A stretch of DNA of 56,822 nt from Pseudomonadota bacterium (GTDB taxonomy: Bacteria; Pseudomonadota; Gammaproteobacteria; Diplorickettsiales; Diplorickettsiaceae), in contig JAZJZD010000001.1 in assembly GCA_040390025.1 (NCBI GenBank), forward strand, positions 1-56,822, given 5' to 3'. Within the stretch, counting starts at the first letter, position 1; the number at the start of each line of letters is the position of its first letter. The notes below the pieces were generated by a model, which worked only from the letters and a program-made list of their open reading frames with translations, did not search any database and was not told the origin of the DNA. Below, one piece after another: positions 1-10,702 of the stretch. The position numbers and the translations under genes were made by a program.

Positions 1-60
1 GGCCTAGGACACCGCCCTTTCACGGCGGTAACAGGGGTTCGACTCCCCTTGGGGACGCCA
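1..60 (+). tRNA. tRNA-Glu(UUC), 3' portion truncated at the 5' end by the window edge
   Basis: Sequence GGCCTAGGACACCGCCCTTTCACGGCGGTAACAGGGGTTCGACTCCCCTTGGGGACGCCA matches the canonical bacterial tRNA-Glu D-loop, anticodon arm (loop CTTTCAC, anticodon TTC), T-arm (TTCGACT loop) and acceptor 3' strand + CCA. Confidence 0.85.
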
Positions 61-556
61 TAAAGCATTACCTATCGAAGTTTTATTCTTCCGATTTCGG
101 GAGCGGTTAAAGTACATACTACTTTAACTTTTTATCTGTAACTTTTAATTTTCTGATGCTATGTGCCCCCTTGGTAAAGCTGTATATACCAAGAGTTTCG
201 TGGCAAAAGCTTTTTGCTTAACTTGATTTGCTTTTAGTTAATATAGTACGTGTACGATGAGATTTTCCTTGGCCGTCTTAATTTTATTTATTATTTTTAA
301 TGGCTGAAAAATATTTTTTGAGAATAATTTATTATTTGTATGGGAGAGCTAATTTGATGTAAAAATTTATAGAGAATACACATTCTATATTCTATAGAAT
401 AGTTCGATAAATTTTTAAAGTTATTTATCTAAAATTAGATATAAAAATATCGTTTTGCACCTTCCATTCGATTAATTTTACAGCTATCCTTACTAGGAAA
501 GTTTTTTTATTTTCTAAAAACAACATCTCTAAATTTAATAGATTAAGGGAGTCAAT

Positions 557-1180
557 ATGATAAAAACATTTAAAGAAATTCTCGAAGGTTATTGTAAGTT
601 TCGAAAAAAATATGCTGATGGCGATAACTCGATCATGGAGTATCTCTCTAAACATGGTCAAAGTCCGCAAATTATGTTGGTTTCTTGTTGTGATTCGCGC
701 GTCGATCCCGCTTTAATATTACAATGTGATCCGGGCGATTTATTTGTGGTGCGTAATGTGGCTAACATAGTGCCCCCTTATGAAAAAGATGAGGCACTTC
801 ATGGAACAAGTGCGGCATTAGAGTTTGGTATTCGTCGTATCGAAGTGAGTAACCTTATTCTATTAGGTCACAGTCAATGTGCTGGAATTGATGCTTTATT
901 AAATAGTCGAGATTTAGCGCAAAATGATTTTATAACAAAATGGGTTTCATCGATTAAAATTTCACTACCTGAAAAAAGTGTAAATGATTCTGATGAGAAA
1001 GATAAATATGCCAAGTTAGCATTAACCTGCTCTTATAAAAATTGTTTAACCTTTCCTTGGATTAAGGAAAGAGTAGATGAAAAAAAATTAATGATCCACC
1101 GTTGGTTTTTCGATATTAAAAAAGGCCAAATTTTTACATATTCTGACATTTATGGCGTTTACCAAGCATTAGACATTTAA
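557..1180 (+). CDS. can: beta-class carbonic anhydrase
   Basis: Motifs CCDSRV ... GHSxCAG are typical of beta-CA zinc ligands. 207 aa. Confidence 0.85.
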   Translation: MIKTFKEILEGYCKFRKKYADGDNSIMEYLSKHGQSPQIMLVSCCDSRVDPALILQCDPGDLFVVRNVANIVPPYEKDEALHGTSAALEFGIRRIEVSNLILLGHSQCAGIDALLNSRDLAQNDFITKWVSSIKISLPEKSVNDSDEKDKYAKLALTCSYKNCLTFPWIKERVDEKKLMIHRWFFDIKKGQIFTYSDIYGVYQALDI

Positions 1181-1768
1181 ATTTTTAGAAACGGATAGTT
1201 TTTTTGCTTTTGATCGAGCGATAGCCGCTTCAATATAGACTCTTTGGCTGTTTAACGCTTCATTTTTGTTGGCTTGTGTTGTTTGATTTTTAGTTTTTTC
1301 TAACCGTTCTTTTCTGGCATAGAAGCGTTGACGTGCTTTTTGTGGCCGATAGCCAGGCGCTTCTAATTTGAGAATATCAATACAGTCTACTGGACAAGGT
1401 GCAACACAAAGCCCACAACCAGTGCATTCTTGTGTTAATACGCTATGTAGTTGTTTGGCAGCGCCTAAAATGGCGTCGACAGGACAGGCTTGGATACATT
1501 TAGTGCAACCGATACACTCTGATTCGCGAATGTAAGCAGTCGTTGCTGGCTTTTCTTGTTTAACCATGTCCTCCAAAAAAGGTTCCGCCTCTTTTTTTAA
1601 TAAGCTTGCCAGTGCTTTGAGTGTTTTAATGCCACCTGGCGGGCACCGGTTAATTGCTTCTCCCTGCTCAGCTATTGCTTCGGCATACGGTAAACAGCCG
1701 GCATAACTGCATTGGCCACATTGTGTTTGTGGTAATAAAGCATCAATTTGCGCGGCGAGCTTTTTCAT
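1169..1768 (-). CDS. RnfB/RsxB-like 4Fe-4S ferredoxin (electron transport complex subunit B family)
   Basis: N-terminal CxxC-rich domain (CGQCSYAGC) plus two CxxCxxCxxxCP 4Fe-4S motifs. Overlaps metG stop by 4 bp (operon). Confidence 0.7.
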   Translation of the reverse strand: MKKLAAQIDALLPQTQCGQCSYAGCLPYAEAIAEQGEAINRCPPGGIKTLKALASLLKKEAEPFLEDMVKQEKPATTAYIRESECIGCTKCIQACPVDAILGAAKQLHSVLTQECTGCGLCVAPCPVDCIDILKLEAPGYRPQKARQRFYARKERLEKTKNQTTQANKNEALNSQRVYIEAAIARSKAKKLSVSKNLNV

Positions 1769-3438
1769 TCGGCGCTATTGGCTGTATCGGGTTCCATCAT
1801 TGTTTTCATCGCCTGGATATTTTCATCTTGAATGCGTTGCAATAAAGGTGCGAAAGAAAGAATAGTATGATCGCAGAGTAAATTCTGTCGATTTTCCCAG
1901 GTCATTGGGTCTATATTAAGAAATTTTTCTACTTTTTCTGCGGTAACGGGTAGAATGGGTTTTAAATAGGTCATTAAAATTCGAAAAAGATTTATTCCAG
2001 CGCTAACCACCGTGTGCGCATGCTCCATTTGATCAGGATTTTTTACGAGTAGCCAAGGTTTTTCAGTGTCAATCATTTTATTAGCGGCATCGGCTAAATC
2101 CATGATTATACGAATCGCATGGCTAAATTCGCGGTTTTCATAGAGCTCAGCAATTTCATTACCTTTGTCAATAAATTCTTTGATTAATTCGGGTGCATGA
2201 CAGTTCTGAGACAATTTATTTTCAAATTTTTTATTAATAAAGCTTGCGCAACGACTCGCAATATTTACTAATTTACCAACCAAATCGGAATTGATCCTCT
2301 GACTGAAATCATCAAAATTAAGATCGATGTCTTCTGCTTTTTTGTTGAGTTTGGCAGCAAAATAATAACGTAGATATTCAGGATCTAAATAGTCAAGATA
2401 ATGACGCGCAGTAATGAAAGTACCACGGGATTTTGACATTTTTTGTCCGTTAATCGTTAAATAACCATGCACAAAAATTCCAGTAGGCGTGCGAAAATCA
2501 GCGGACTTGAGTATGGCAGGCCAAAAAATAGCATGAAAATTAATAATGTCTTTTCCTACGAAGTGATAAAGCGCTGCTTTTTCTCCGGTTATCCAATAAT
2601 CATCAAAACAAAGATCGGGGCGGCGTTCACAAAGGTTTTTGAATATAGCCATGTACCCGATCGGCGCATCTATCCACACATAAAAATACTTGTCATCGGT
2701 GCCAGGAATTTTAAAGCCGAAATAAGGGCTATCGCGTGAAATATCCAGATCATGTAAACCTTCTTTAAACCACTCCAAAAGTTTATTACTAACTTCTTCG
2801 GCAAGATGGTTATTACTGGTGATCCATTCCCGTAGAAAATCGGTGTAATGCGATAATTGGAAGAAATAATGTTCCGAATCTTTAGCGATCGGTGTTGCGC
2901 CTGAAATCGTAGATTTTGGGTCGATAAGATCTAAGGGTGCATAGGTTGATCCGCAGGCTTCGCAGTTATCACCATATTGATCCGGTGTTTTACAACAAGG
3001 ACAGCTTCCCTTTACATAACGGTCAGGAAGAAACATCTTGGCTTCGGGATCATAGGCTTGGGCAATTACTTGTGTGCGAATATCACCTTTTGCTTGCATG
3101 CGCGAGTAGATAAGTTCTACGAGCGTTTTGTTTTCAGGAGAATGGGTAGTGTAATAATTATCAAAGTTGATATAAAACCTATTAAGATCGGAACTATGCT
3201 CTTCAGCGATCTGGCTCACTAATTCTTCCGGTTCGATCCCGCGTTGTTTAGCCGCTAACATCACTGGTGTACCATGGGCATCTTCACCTGATATAAAAAT
3301 GCAATTATTTCCACGCATTTTTTGAAAGCGTACCCAAATATCGGCCTGAATATGCTCTAATAAATGGCCCAAATGAATCGAGCCATTGGCATAAGGTAAA
3401 GCAGTGGTGACAAGTAGTTTTCGTTGGGTTTGCTGCAT
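1765..3438 (-). CDS. metG: methionyl-tRNA synthetase, short form without the C-terminal tRNA-binding domain
   Basis: HLGH-type motif (SIHLGHLLE), zinc knuckle CPxC...CxxC, KMSKS motif. The ORF extends to 3498, but the likely start is the Met preceding [18 protein letters not shown]. Confidence 0.9.
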   Translation of the reverse strand: MQQTQRKLLVTTALPYANGSIHLGHLLEHIQADIWVRFQKMRGNNCIFISGEDAHGTPVMLAAKQRGIEPEELVSQIAEEHSSDLNRFYINFDNYYTTHSPENKTLVELIYSRMQAKGDIRTQVIAQAYDPEAKMFLPDRYVKGSCPCCKTPDQYGDNCEACGSTYAPLDLIDPKSTISGATPIAKDSEHYFFQLSHYTDFLREWITSNNHLAEEVSNKLLEWFKEGLHDLDISRDSPYFGFKIPGTDDKYFYVWIDAPIGYMAIFKNLCERRPDLCFDDYWITGEKAALYHFVGKDIINFHAIFWPAILKSADFRTPTGIFVHGYLTINGQKMSKSRGTFITARHYLDYLDPEYLRYYFAAKLNKKAEDIDLNFDDFSQRINSDLVGKLVNIASRCASFINKKFENKLSQNCHAPELIKEFIDKGNEIAELYENREFSHAIRIIMDLADAANKMIDTEKPWLLVKNPDQMEHAHTVVSAGINLFRILMTYLKPILPVTAEKVEKFLNIDPMTWENRQNLLCDHTILSFAPLLQRIQDENIQAMKTMMEPDTANSAE

Positions 3439-3518
3439 AATTGGCTTTTGCGTATTATTGATTGCCAAAGTGTGCCTTTTTGTTAGGATGATCGTCAAGT
3501 CATAATGCTAGGGTTTAG

Positions 3519-4340
3519 ATGTTAAAAGTTACTGATAGAGTCAAACATATTGTCGCTATTGCTTCGGGTAAAGGCGGTGTGGGTAAATCGACAACGGCGG
3601 TTAACCTTGCTCTGGCGCTGGCGGCTAAGAAAGGAGTACGTGTTGGTCTTCTCGATGCGGATATTTATGGTCCAAATCAGCCACAGATGTTAGGGGTGAG
3701 TGAGAAACCAACCAGTAAGGATGGGAAAACGTTAGAACCAGTGCATGCCCATGGTATTCAATCGATGTCGATTGGTTATTTGATCGATATCAATACGCCT
3801 ATGGTATGGCGTGGCCCGATGGCAACAGGCGCTTTACAACAGTTGTTAAATGATACCCATTGGGATAACTTGGATTATCTAATCGTGGATCTTCCTCCAG
3901 GAACTGGGGATATTCAATTGACTCTGACGCAAAAAATTCCTTTGGCAGGCGCCGTTATTGTTACCACACCACAAGATATTGCTTTGCTCGATGTGCGTAA
4001 GGCAGTGGCTATGTTTAATAAGGTAAAGGTTCCGCTGTTAGGGGTAGTAGAAAACATGTGCGCGCATGTGTGCAATCAATGTGGGCATGAAGAGCCTATT
4101 TTTGGTGAAGGTGGCGGAGAGCGGATTGCTACAGAATGCGGGGTTAATTTGCTTGGTGCTTTACCTTTAGATAGCCGGATTCGACAGCAAGCCGATTCCG
4201 GGAAACCTATTTTTTTGACAGATGAGGAAGGTCCTATTGCTAAAATTTATCGAAGTATTGCGGATAAAATAGCGGAGCAGTTAGCTCAACAACCCAAAAG
4301 TTCATTTAGATTCCCAAAAATTGTTATTGAAAAAAAATAG
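3519..4340 (+). CDS. apbC: Mrp/ApbC Fe-S cluster carrier ATPase
   Basis: Deviant Walker [10 protein letters not shown] and CxxC motif (CNQC). 273 aa. Confidence 0.9.
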   Translation: MLKVTDRVKHIVAIASGKGGVGKSTTAVNLALALAAKKGVRVGLLDADIYGPNQPQMLGVSEKPTSKDGKTLEPVHAHGIQSMSIGYLIDINTPMVWRGPMATGALQQLLNDTHWDNLDYLIVDLPPGTGDIQLTLTQKIPLAGAVIVTTPQDIALLDVRKAVAMFNKVKVPLLGVVENMCAHVCNQCGHEEPIFGEGGGERIATECGVNLLGALPLDSRIRQQADSGKPIFLTDEEGPIAKIYRSIADKIAEQLAQQPKSSFRFPKIVIEKK

Positions 4341-4353
4341 TTGGAAAAATTTT

Positions 4354-4920
4354 ATGTCGATCAAATCTGATGAATGGATTTGCCGTATGGCAAAAGATTT
4401 TAAAATGATTGAACCATTTGAAGCACAGCAGGTTCGTCATAATGATTCAGGTCGAATCATTTCCTATGGCGTATCGAGCTATGGTTATGATGTGCGTTGC
4501 GCTGATGAATTTCGTGTCTTTACCAATATCAATTCAGCAATTGTTGATCCAAAGTGTTTTTCTCAACAAAGCTTTGTTGAGGTTAAAGGCGATGTTTGCA
4601 TTATTCCGCCGAATTCTTTTGCGTTGGCGCATACCGTCGAATATTTTCGTATCCCTCGAAATATTTTGACGATTTGCCTAGGAAAATCAACTTATGCGCG
4701 CTGCGGTATTATTGTAAATGTCACGCCGTTAGAGCCCGAATGGGAAGGCCAAGTGACGCTGGAATTTTCAAATACCACGCCTTTACCCGCCAAAATTTAT
4801 GCGAGTGAAGGTGTGGCACAAATGTTGTTTCTCGAGTCGGATGAAGTTTGTAAGGTTTCTTACCGTGATCGACAGGGAAAATACCAAGGCCAGAAAGGCG
4901 TGACGCTTCCAGTTACTTAG
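4354..4920 (+). CDS. dcd: dCTP deaminase
   Basis: dUTPase-fold Dcd family similarity across the length. The ORF begins at 4321, but the Met at 4354 (MSIKSDEW...) avoids overlap with apbC. Confidence 0.8.
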   Translation: MSIKSDEWICRMAKDFKMIEPFEAQQVRHNDSGRIISYGVSSYGYDVRCADEFRVFTNINSAIVDPKCFSQQSFVEVKGDVCIIPPNSFALAHTVEYFRIPRNILTICLGKSTYARCGIIVNVTPLEPEWEGQVTLEFSNTTPLPAKIYASEGVAQMLFLESDEVCKVSYRDRQGKYQGQKGVTLPVT

Positions 4921-5055
4921 ATAGCTTATATAAATCAAGCCTTGTCTCCTGCCCCGGTATCCAGAGCTTGCAATGTAAATTGGCACTCTTTTAACTATTT
5001 TTCTCTGTAGGTAGCCAGTTCATTTTTTGCTTTTCGGTTAAATACATTTTTCTAG

Positions 5056-6522
5056 TCATATTCTCAGCAAAGCTGGTTTTGATGTTTCGTTTTGAACATT
5101 ATCAGGAGCATTTAAACTAAAACAAGCTACCGCTGGATTTTTATAACAAAAAATACCACTTTTTAAAATTAAATCAGAAGGTTCTTTTACTAAACTGATC
5201 TCATAGCAATTATAAATATTGGCTATAAAAAGTTTTATAGCCATACTAGCATGCTGCTCACCTGGGCATCTGCGTTTGCCTAAACCAAAAGGATAATAAC
5301 TTCCATGAACCGGCTTAACCTCCTCAGTAAATCGTTCAGGTATAAAGTGATCTGGATTTTTCCATACATCATAAAGCCGGTGTGTTAAATAGGGTGCTAG
5401 AAATATCATATTCCCTTTTTTAACATCCAAACCATTTAGATTAAAAGATTTAGCGACTTCGCGAGGGAATATTATAGGGGGATACAACCTAAGGACTTCC
5501 TTAATTACGCTATCTAAATAAACAAGTTTTTTTAGACTTTCAAAATTTATTTTTTTTCCCTGTAACTCTTTACGGATCTCCGTGCGTACTTTTTTTTCTA
5601 CCTGAGGATATTGCGAAAGAGTATAAATCAAAGATTCTAAGACAAAAGAATTTGTTCCAACACCTGCAAAAAATAATAAATTAAAATCTGCCAAAATATT
5701 TTTGGCCTCCATTAAGTCACAGTTTTTATTTACCTTTTTATTTAGCTTCGCAATATCTCCAATTAAACCTTCTTTATCTATCGTTATAGTTCTTATTAAT
5801 TCTTGATATAGAACAGTTGCATTATGGAAATAGCTTTCTTTTTTCTGTAAACCGAAAAGGGTATAAGGGTCATCAAAAACGGAGTCTATTTTCTCTTGAT
5901 AATCCATAAATCTAACTAGATTTTTTGTGTCAGAAATTGGAATTCCCATTAATAAATTTACATTTAATGTGAGAGAAAATCTAGTAAATAAATCTTTTAA
6001 ATTAATTTCATTACCTGTATTGGTATGAATATAACCCATATACTCTTTCACAATTAACTGAACTTTTTTGCTAAGTTGGTAAGCGTTTAAGTGACGTGTA
6101 TAAATATCTCTTTTCTCTTTCCATTTTTTTCCTTCTTCGGTCAGAATAGAAGAGTTATTGTCGTTTGAAACATTAATAGTCTCTAACTCATCTTTAAAAA
6201 TATTTCTGTATTTTATTTTAATCGTATAAATATCTTGGGGTTTAGTAATAAGTAATACACATTTATTGCCTACCCAAAAAGAACACATTCTGCTCGGATG
6301 ATTCTCTAATAGCCGTTGTGCAGCAAGCAGGGTTTCAAACAAACCTTCTTTCTCCAGTGAGGTTAATCTACCTGAAAATAAATTTCCCGCTAGATGAGGA
6401 ATTTCAGGATAAGGTTTCCTTAATAAGCCTGAAAAAAAACTACTTGCATATTGAACCCAATTTACAGATTGCGTATCGCTACATATAGCAGCCTGCCCAG
6501 CTTCACTTTTCTCAATATCCAT
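5056..6522 (-). CDS. cytochrome P450 (microsomal/BM3-like heme-thiolate signature with Arg), AT-rich
   Basis: Heme loop FGLGKRRCPG, PERF motif, ExxR (EVLRLYPP), I-helix AGVGT. 488 aa. Coding GC is clearly lower than the neighbouring housekeeping genes. Confidence 0.85.
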   Translation of the reverse strand: MDIEKSEAGQAAICSDTQSVNWVQYASSFFSGLLRKPYPEIPHLAGNLFSGRLTSLEKEGLFETLLAAQRLLENHPSRMCSFWVGNKCVLLITKPQDIYTIKIKYRNIFKDELETINVSNDNNSSILTEEGKKWKEKRDIYTRHLNAYQLSKKVQLIVKEYMGYIHTNTGNEINLKDLFTRFSLTLNVNLLMGIPISDTKNLVRFMDYQEKIDSVFDDPYTLFGLQKKESYFHNATVLYQELIRTITIDKEGLIGDIAKLNKKVNKNCDLMEAKNILADFNLLFFAGVGTNSFVLESLIYTLSQYPQVEKKVRTEIRKELQGKKINFESLKKLVYLDSVIKEVLRLYPPIIFPREVAKSFNLNGLDVKKGNMIFLAPYLTHRLYDVWKNPDHFIPERFTEEVKPVHGSYYPFGLGKRRCPGEQHASMAIKLFIANIYNCYEISLVKEPSDLILKSGIFCYKNPAVACFSLNAPDNVQNETSKPALLRI

Positions 6523-6686
6523 ATTTAATATCCATTTATCCTTAATTTTTATAATTATATATACGTACTTTACATTAAAAGGCTGTTTAAAAAAATTACC
6601 CCTAAATATAAAAATATTATCAAATTAGTACTAAAAAAATGTAGAATTAAGGATAAATAGATAGTATTCGATTATTGTTTAAATTT

Positions 6687-7481
6687 TTAAGCTTGTTTTA
6701 ATTTAGCTAAAAAATTACTTATCTTGACATAATCTGCGATAGAAAGTTGTTCTGGTCGGTTTTTAGGATCAATACCTAATAATTCAAATTGTTTAGCATT
6801 GATTAACTTTCCTAAATTATTCCGTAACATTTTTCGGCGATGGCTGAAGGCTGTACGCACTATTTCAGCTAGTAATACTGGATCGTCTGCTTGCCAAGGT
6901 TGTATTTGATAAGGGATAAGCCGAATAACCGCAGAATCTACTTTGGGGGGTGGTTGAAATGCGCCGGGTTTGACAATAAATAATTTTTTAGCTTCACAAT
7001 AATACTGAATCATGACGCTTAAACGTCCGTAATCTTCATCTCCTGGTTGCGCTACCATGCGGTTGACGACTTCTTTCTGTAACATAAAATGCATGTCTTG
7101 GATAAAACTGATTTGGCCTAATAAATGAAATAATAAAGGTGTAGAAATATTATACGGTAGATTTCCAACAACCCTCCAAGGTGTATTAGTTGTACCTAAA
7201 GATTGCAAATCAAACTTTAAGGCATCGGCTTGGTAAATAGTTAATTCTCCTAAGTGCGCGCATTGCTTTTCGAGTAAGGGAATGAGATCTTTATCAAGTT
7301 CGACTACCGTTAAACTTGTTAGATGGGGTAATAGCCGCTGCGTTAAAGCACCTAATCCCGGGCCAATTTCGAGCATGTTATCTGTTTTTTTAGGGTTGAT
7401 GGCGGATACTATTTTATCTACCATAAAACCTTCATGTAAAAAATGCTGGCCGAATCGTTTACGTGTTTGAAAAGGGATCAT
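6687..7481 (-). CDS. rsmA: 16S rRNA (adenine1518/1519-N6)-dimethyltransferase
   Basis: KsgA family. SAM motif LEIGPGLGALT and NLPYNIST motif. Confidence 0.9.
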   Translation of the reverse strand: MIPFQTRKRFGQHFLHEGFMVDKIVSAINPKKTDNMLEIGPGLGALTQRLLPHLTSLTVVELDKDLIPLLEKQCAHLGELTIYQADALKFDLQSLGTTNTPWRVVGNLPYNISTPLLFHLLGQISFIQDMHFMLQKEVVNRMVAQPGDEDYGRLSVMIQYYCEAKKLFIVKPGAFQPPPKVDSAVIRLIPYQIQPWQADDPVLLAEIVRTAFSHRRKMLRNNLGKLINAKQFELLGIDPKNRPEQLSIADYVKISNFLAKLKQA

Positions 7482-7488
7482 CTTTATT

Positions 7489-8634
7489 TTAAGCAGTTTT
7501 TAAATTTCTGATTAATGCTGATAAAAATCTGGCTGCTTCTCCACCAGTGATTGCACGATGATCTACAGTTAATGATAATGGAAGTAGCTTATGTATAGTC
7601 GGTTTCCCTTGATCAGCGACAACGGCTTCTATAATACGACCTACCGCTAAAATAGCAACCATAGGTGGGGTGATAAGTGGTGTTGCATAACGCCCCGCAA
7701 AAACACCGACATTGGATAGCACAAACGTTGCATCGGTTAGATTTTCCGGCGGAATATTGCGATTTTTTACTTCTATTTTAAATCGATCAATTGTTTTCCG
7801 TAAATCAACAGTATTACATTGTGCAATGTTTTTTAATACGGGCACAAATAAACCCTCGGCTGCATCTATAGCAATCCCTAAATTAATGTGCTGATGTTGG
7901 CGTAGAGATAAATTTTCATCATCAAGCCAGGCATTAAGGCGTGGTTCGCGTTGGCACGCTGCCATAATAGCTTGTATTACGCGTAAGGTAACATCTGTTT
8001 TTTCTGGCCAGCTGTGGATATCTGCATCATCGACTAAGGTTACAGGAACAACGCGTTGATGCGATTTACTCATTGCAATAGCCATTGCACGTCGTGCACC
8101 ACGTAGTGGCTCGTAACCTTCTGTGAGTTTTGTAAAGGATGGTATAAACGTTGTTGCCTCTGTTTGAGGTTTTACTGCGTTTTCTAAATCGGAGACAATA
8201 ATTTGTCCTCCTGGACCTGAGCCTACGCATTGTGTTAGATCGACTCGCATTTTTTTTGCCAAAGCACGAATAGAAGGCGTTGCTTTGATGGCGTTATGAT
8301 TTGTTTCATAGCTTGGTTTAATACCCGTGGCGGATTCTTCAATAATCGTATCTGTTGTTTGTAAATCACCAACGACAGTTGCTTTGTCGGCTGGTTTCTC
8401 TGCTCCTTCAATATCAACCAGTGCTTCACCTGTCTTAATAATATCACCGGGTTTTCCGTATAATTGAATAATCTTTCCGCTAAAAGGTGCTGGGATATCG
8501 ACAACCGCTTTGGCTGTTTCCATTTCTACCATCGGTTCGTCGACTTTTATGAGGTCGCCTACGCTAATATACCAACGGCGGATTTCTGCGTCAGGTAAAC
8601 CTTCACCTAGATCGGGTAAACAAAACTGTGTCAT
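7489..8634 (-). CDS. bkdB: branched-chain 2-oxoacid dehydrogenase E2 (dihydrolipoyl transacylase)
   Basis: N-terminal lipoyl domain (METAKA lipoyl-Lys context), E3-binding region, C-terminal catalytic DHRxxDG (DHRAITGGEAARF). Confidence 0.85.
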   Translation of the reverse strand: MTQFCLPDLGEGLPDAEIRRWYISVGDLIKVDEPMVEMETAKAVVDIPAPFSGKIIQLYGKPGDIIKTGEALVDIEGAEKPADKATVVGDLQTTDTIIEESATGIKPSYETNHNAIKATPSIRALAKKMRVDLTQCVGSGPGGQIIVSDLENAVKPQTEATTFIPSFTKLTEGYEPLRGARRAMAIAMSKSHQRVVPVTLVDDADIHSWPEKTDVTLRVIQAIMAACQREPRLNAWLDDENLSLRQHQHINLGIAIDAAEGLFVPVLKNIAQCNTVDLRKTIDRFKIEVKNRNIPPENLTDATFVLSNVGVFAGRYATPLITPPMVAILAVGRIIEAVVADQGKPTIHKLLPLSLTVDHRAITGGEAARFLSALIRNLKTA

Positions 8635-9611
8635 ATGAACTCCAATGTTTGATCAATCACATTGATAATTTTTGTCAGACTTGGCAAATATTGTTTTTCT
8701 AGTTGCGCATAAGGCACAGTTACATCGTAACCGGTAACGCGTTGTATGGGCGCTTTTAACGATAGAAAAGCCTTTTCACTTAGTTGTGCAGCGATTTCTG
8801 CGCCGACACCACAAAATCGTGCTGCCTCATGAATAATAATGCAGCGCCCTGTTTTTTCTACGGAGTTGAGAAGAAGTGCACTGTCTAATGGCTTCAATGT
8901 AGCTACATCAATAACGTCTGCACTCAATCCTTTTTTAAGCAAGCTATCGGCTGCCATTAAAGTTTCATGTAGCATAGCGCCCCAGCTTATTAAGGTAATA
9001 TCCTTTCCTTCGCGTAGAAGAAAAGACTGATCTAACGCTAAGGCTTCACCTGAATCTTTCACAGTTTGCCTATGTAAACGATATAATCGTGTAGGTTCTA
9101 AAAAAATAACCGGATCGGGATTACGAATTGCAGCCAGTAATAAACCATAGGCACGTGCTGGCGAAGAAGGAACAACAACACGTAAACCGGGAATATGTGC
9201 AAACAAAGTTTCTGTACTTTCGGAATGGTGTTCGGGTGCGTGAATTCCTGCACCATAAGGCATACGAAATACTAAGGGACAATGTAAACGTCCACGTGTA
9301 CGATTGCGTATGCGTGCGGCATGATTAATAATTTGATCGAGTGCGGGGTAACTAAAACCCATAAACTGAAATTCAGCAACAGGCTTTAATCCTTGTGTAG
9401 CCATTCCAATTGACAGTCCTGCTATCATCGATTCTGCAAGCGGCGTGTCTAAAACACGTTCTGCGCCGAATTTCTCAAATAATCCCTGCGTTGCGCGAAA
9501 GACACCTCCGTTAACTCCAATATCTTCACCTAATAAAATGACGTTTTTATCAGCAGTCATTTCGTAGCGTAATGCTTGATTAATCGCTTCAATTAGCGTT
9601 ATTTCTGTCAT
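8631..9611 (-). CDS. bkdA2: 2-oxoisovalerate dehydrogenase E1 beta subunit
   Basis: Transketolase-like pyrimidine-binding and C-terminal domains. 4-bp overlap with both the E1alpha and E2 genes. Confidence 0.85.
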   Translation of the reverse strand: MTEITLIEAINQALRYEMTADKNVILLGEDIGVNGGVFRATQGLFEKFGAERVLDTPLAESMIAGLSIGMATQGLKPVAEFQFMGFSYPALDQIINHAARIRNRTRGRLHCPLVFRMPYGAGIHAPEHHSESTETLFAHIPGLRVVVPSSPARAYGLLLAAIRNPDPVIFLEPTRLYRLHRQTVKDSGEALALDQSFLLREGKDITLISWGAMLHETLMAADSLLKKGLSADVIDVATLKPLDSALLLNSVEKTGRCIIIHEAARFCGVGAEIAAQLSEKAFLSLKAPIQRVTGYDVTVPYAQLEKQYLPSLTKIINVIDQTLEFI

Positions 9612-10693
9612 TTATTCTGCATCTCACTTAACTTAAATAAAGCAGTGGCTTCAATGCGTTGCTCATCGAGATCCGGGGGTAACTGTGCATAATGATAGTT
9701 AAATATATCGGTAACAGGAGGCTGAGGTAAGGAGAAATACTCATCAACTGCGGTTTCTATAGATGTATCGCATTCTTCAGTTAGTTTTTTTTCCTCCGCT
9801 TTCGATAAAAATTTTTGGTTGAGCAAATAGTTACGTAAACGTAGTAAAGGCTCTTCTTTCCAGGCCTGCAATAGTTCATTTTTATTGCGGTAACGCGTTG
9901 CATCATCAGCAGTGGTATGATCGCTCAAACGGTACGTTAATGCTTCAATGACGCTAGGCCCCTTTCCTTCGCGTGCTTTTACAATTGCTTTTTCTACAAT
10001 AAATTTTACGGCAATGACATCGTTGCCATCGACTTGCTCTCCTGAGATGCCGGCGGCAACGGCTTTTTGCGCTAATGTTTGTGCATGCGATTGATTTTTA
10101 CGAGGGATAGAAATGGCCCATTGATTATTATCAATGACGAATACAACAGGTAATTGCCAAGCGCCGGCAATGTTTAACGCTTCATAAAAATCACCCTCCG
10201 AGGTAGCGCCATCGCCACAGGTAGTAATAACTACTCGCTCTTGTTTACGCAGTTTAAAAGCTGTAGCAACGCCAGCTGCGTGCAAAAGTTGTGTTGCAAT
10301 GGGAACACAAATGGGAAAATCGTTTGGACATTCGCTAAAATGATTACCCCATTCATTACCTTTCCAAAACGTGAGAATTTCACTCATTTTTACGCCGCGC
10401 ATTAATTGTGCACCGTAATCGCGATAGAAAGGACATAAAACATCTTCTTTTTCCATGCTTGCACCGATACCTACTGAGATGGCTTCTTGGCCAAGAGTCG
10501 ACGCGTAGGTGTTAAGTCTTCCCGTTCTTTGTAAGTTAACCGCTTTATTATCAAAAAGCCGCGTTAGTAGCATGTGTTTATAAAGGAACAATAAGTTTTC
10601 TTTGGTAGCAAATGAAGGCAAATTTTGTGTGGGTTTACCTTCTGTATCTAAAAATTGGGAGAACTGGATAGAAAACTTTGCGACCTCACTCAT
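9608..10693 (-). CDS. bkdA1: 2-oxoisovalerate dehydrogenase E1 alpha subunit (TPP-dependent)
   Basis: TPP-binding GDG(X)n N motif region (TCGDGATSEGDFYEALN). 361 aa. Confidence 0.85.
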   Translation of the reverse strand: MSEVAKFSIQFSQFLDTEGKPTQNLPSFATKENLLFLYKHMLLTRLFDNKAVNLQRTGRLNTYASTLGQEAISVGIGASMEKEDVLCPFYRDYGAQLMRGVKMSEILTFWKGNEWGNHFSECPNDFPICVPIATQLLHAAGVATAFKLRKQERVVITTCGDGATSEGDFYEALNIAGAWQLPVVFVIDNNQWAISIPRKNQSHAQTLAQKAVAAGISGEQVDGNDVIAVKFIVEKAIVKAREGKGPSVIEALTYRLSDHTTADDATRYRNKNELLQAWKEEPLLRLRNYLLNQKFLSKAEEKKLTEECDTSIETAVDEYFSLPQPPVTDIFNYHYAQLPPDLDEQRIEATALFKLSEMQNK

Positions 10694-10702
10694 ATTTACC
10701 CT

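Noticed and set aside
425-670. 81-aa ORF on the minus strand spanning the AT-rich region and the start of the carbonic anhydrase gene
   Set aside because: It lies in a >75% AT stretch where long stop-free frames arise by chance, overlaps a confidently called gene in antisense, and has no motif.
1654-4986. Several 60-100-aa ORFs antisense to metG, the ferredoxin and dcd (1654-1845, 2467-2739, 2977-3222, 4409-4669, 4596-4808, 4783-4986)
   Set aside because: All are embedded in the opposite strand of, or out of frame with, well-supported conserved genes and have low-complexity composition. They are judged spurious.
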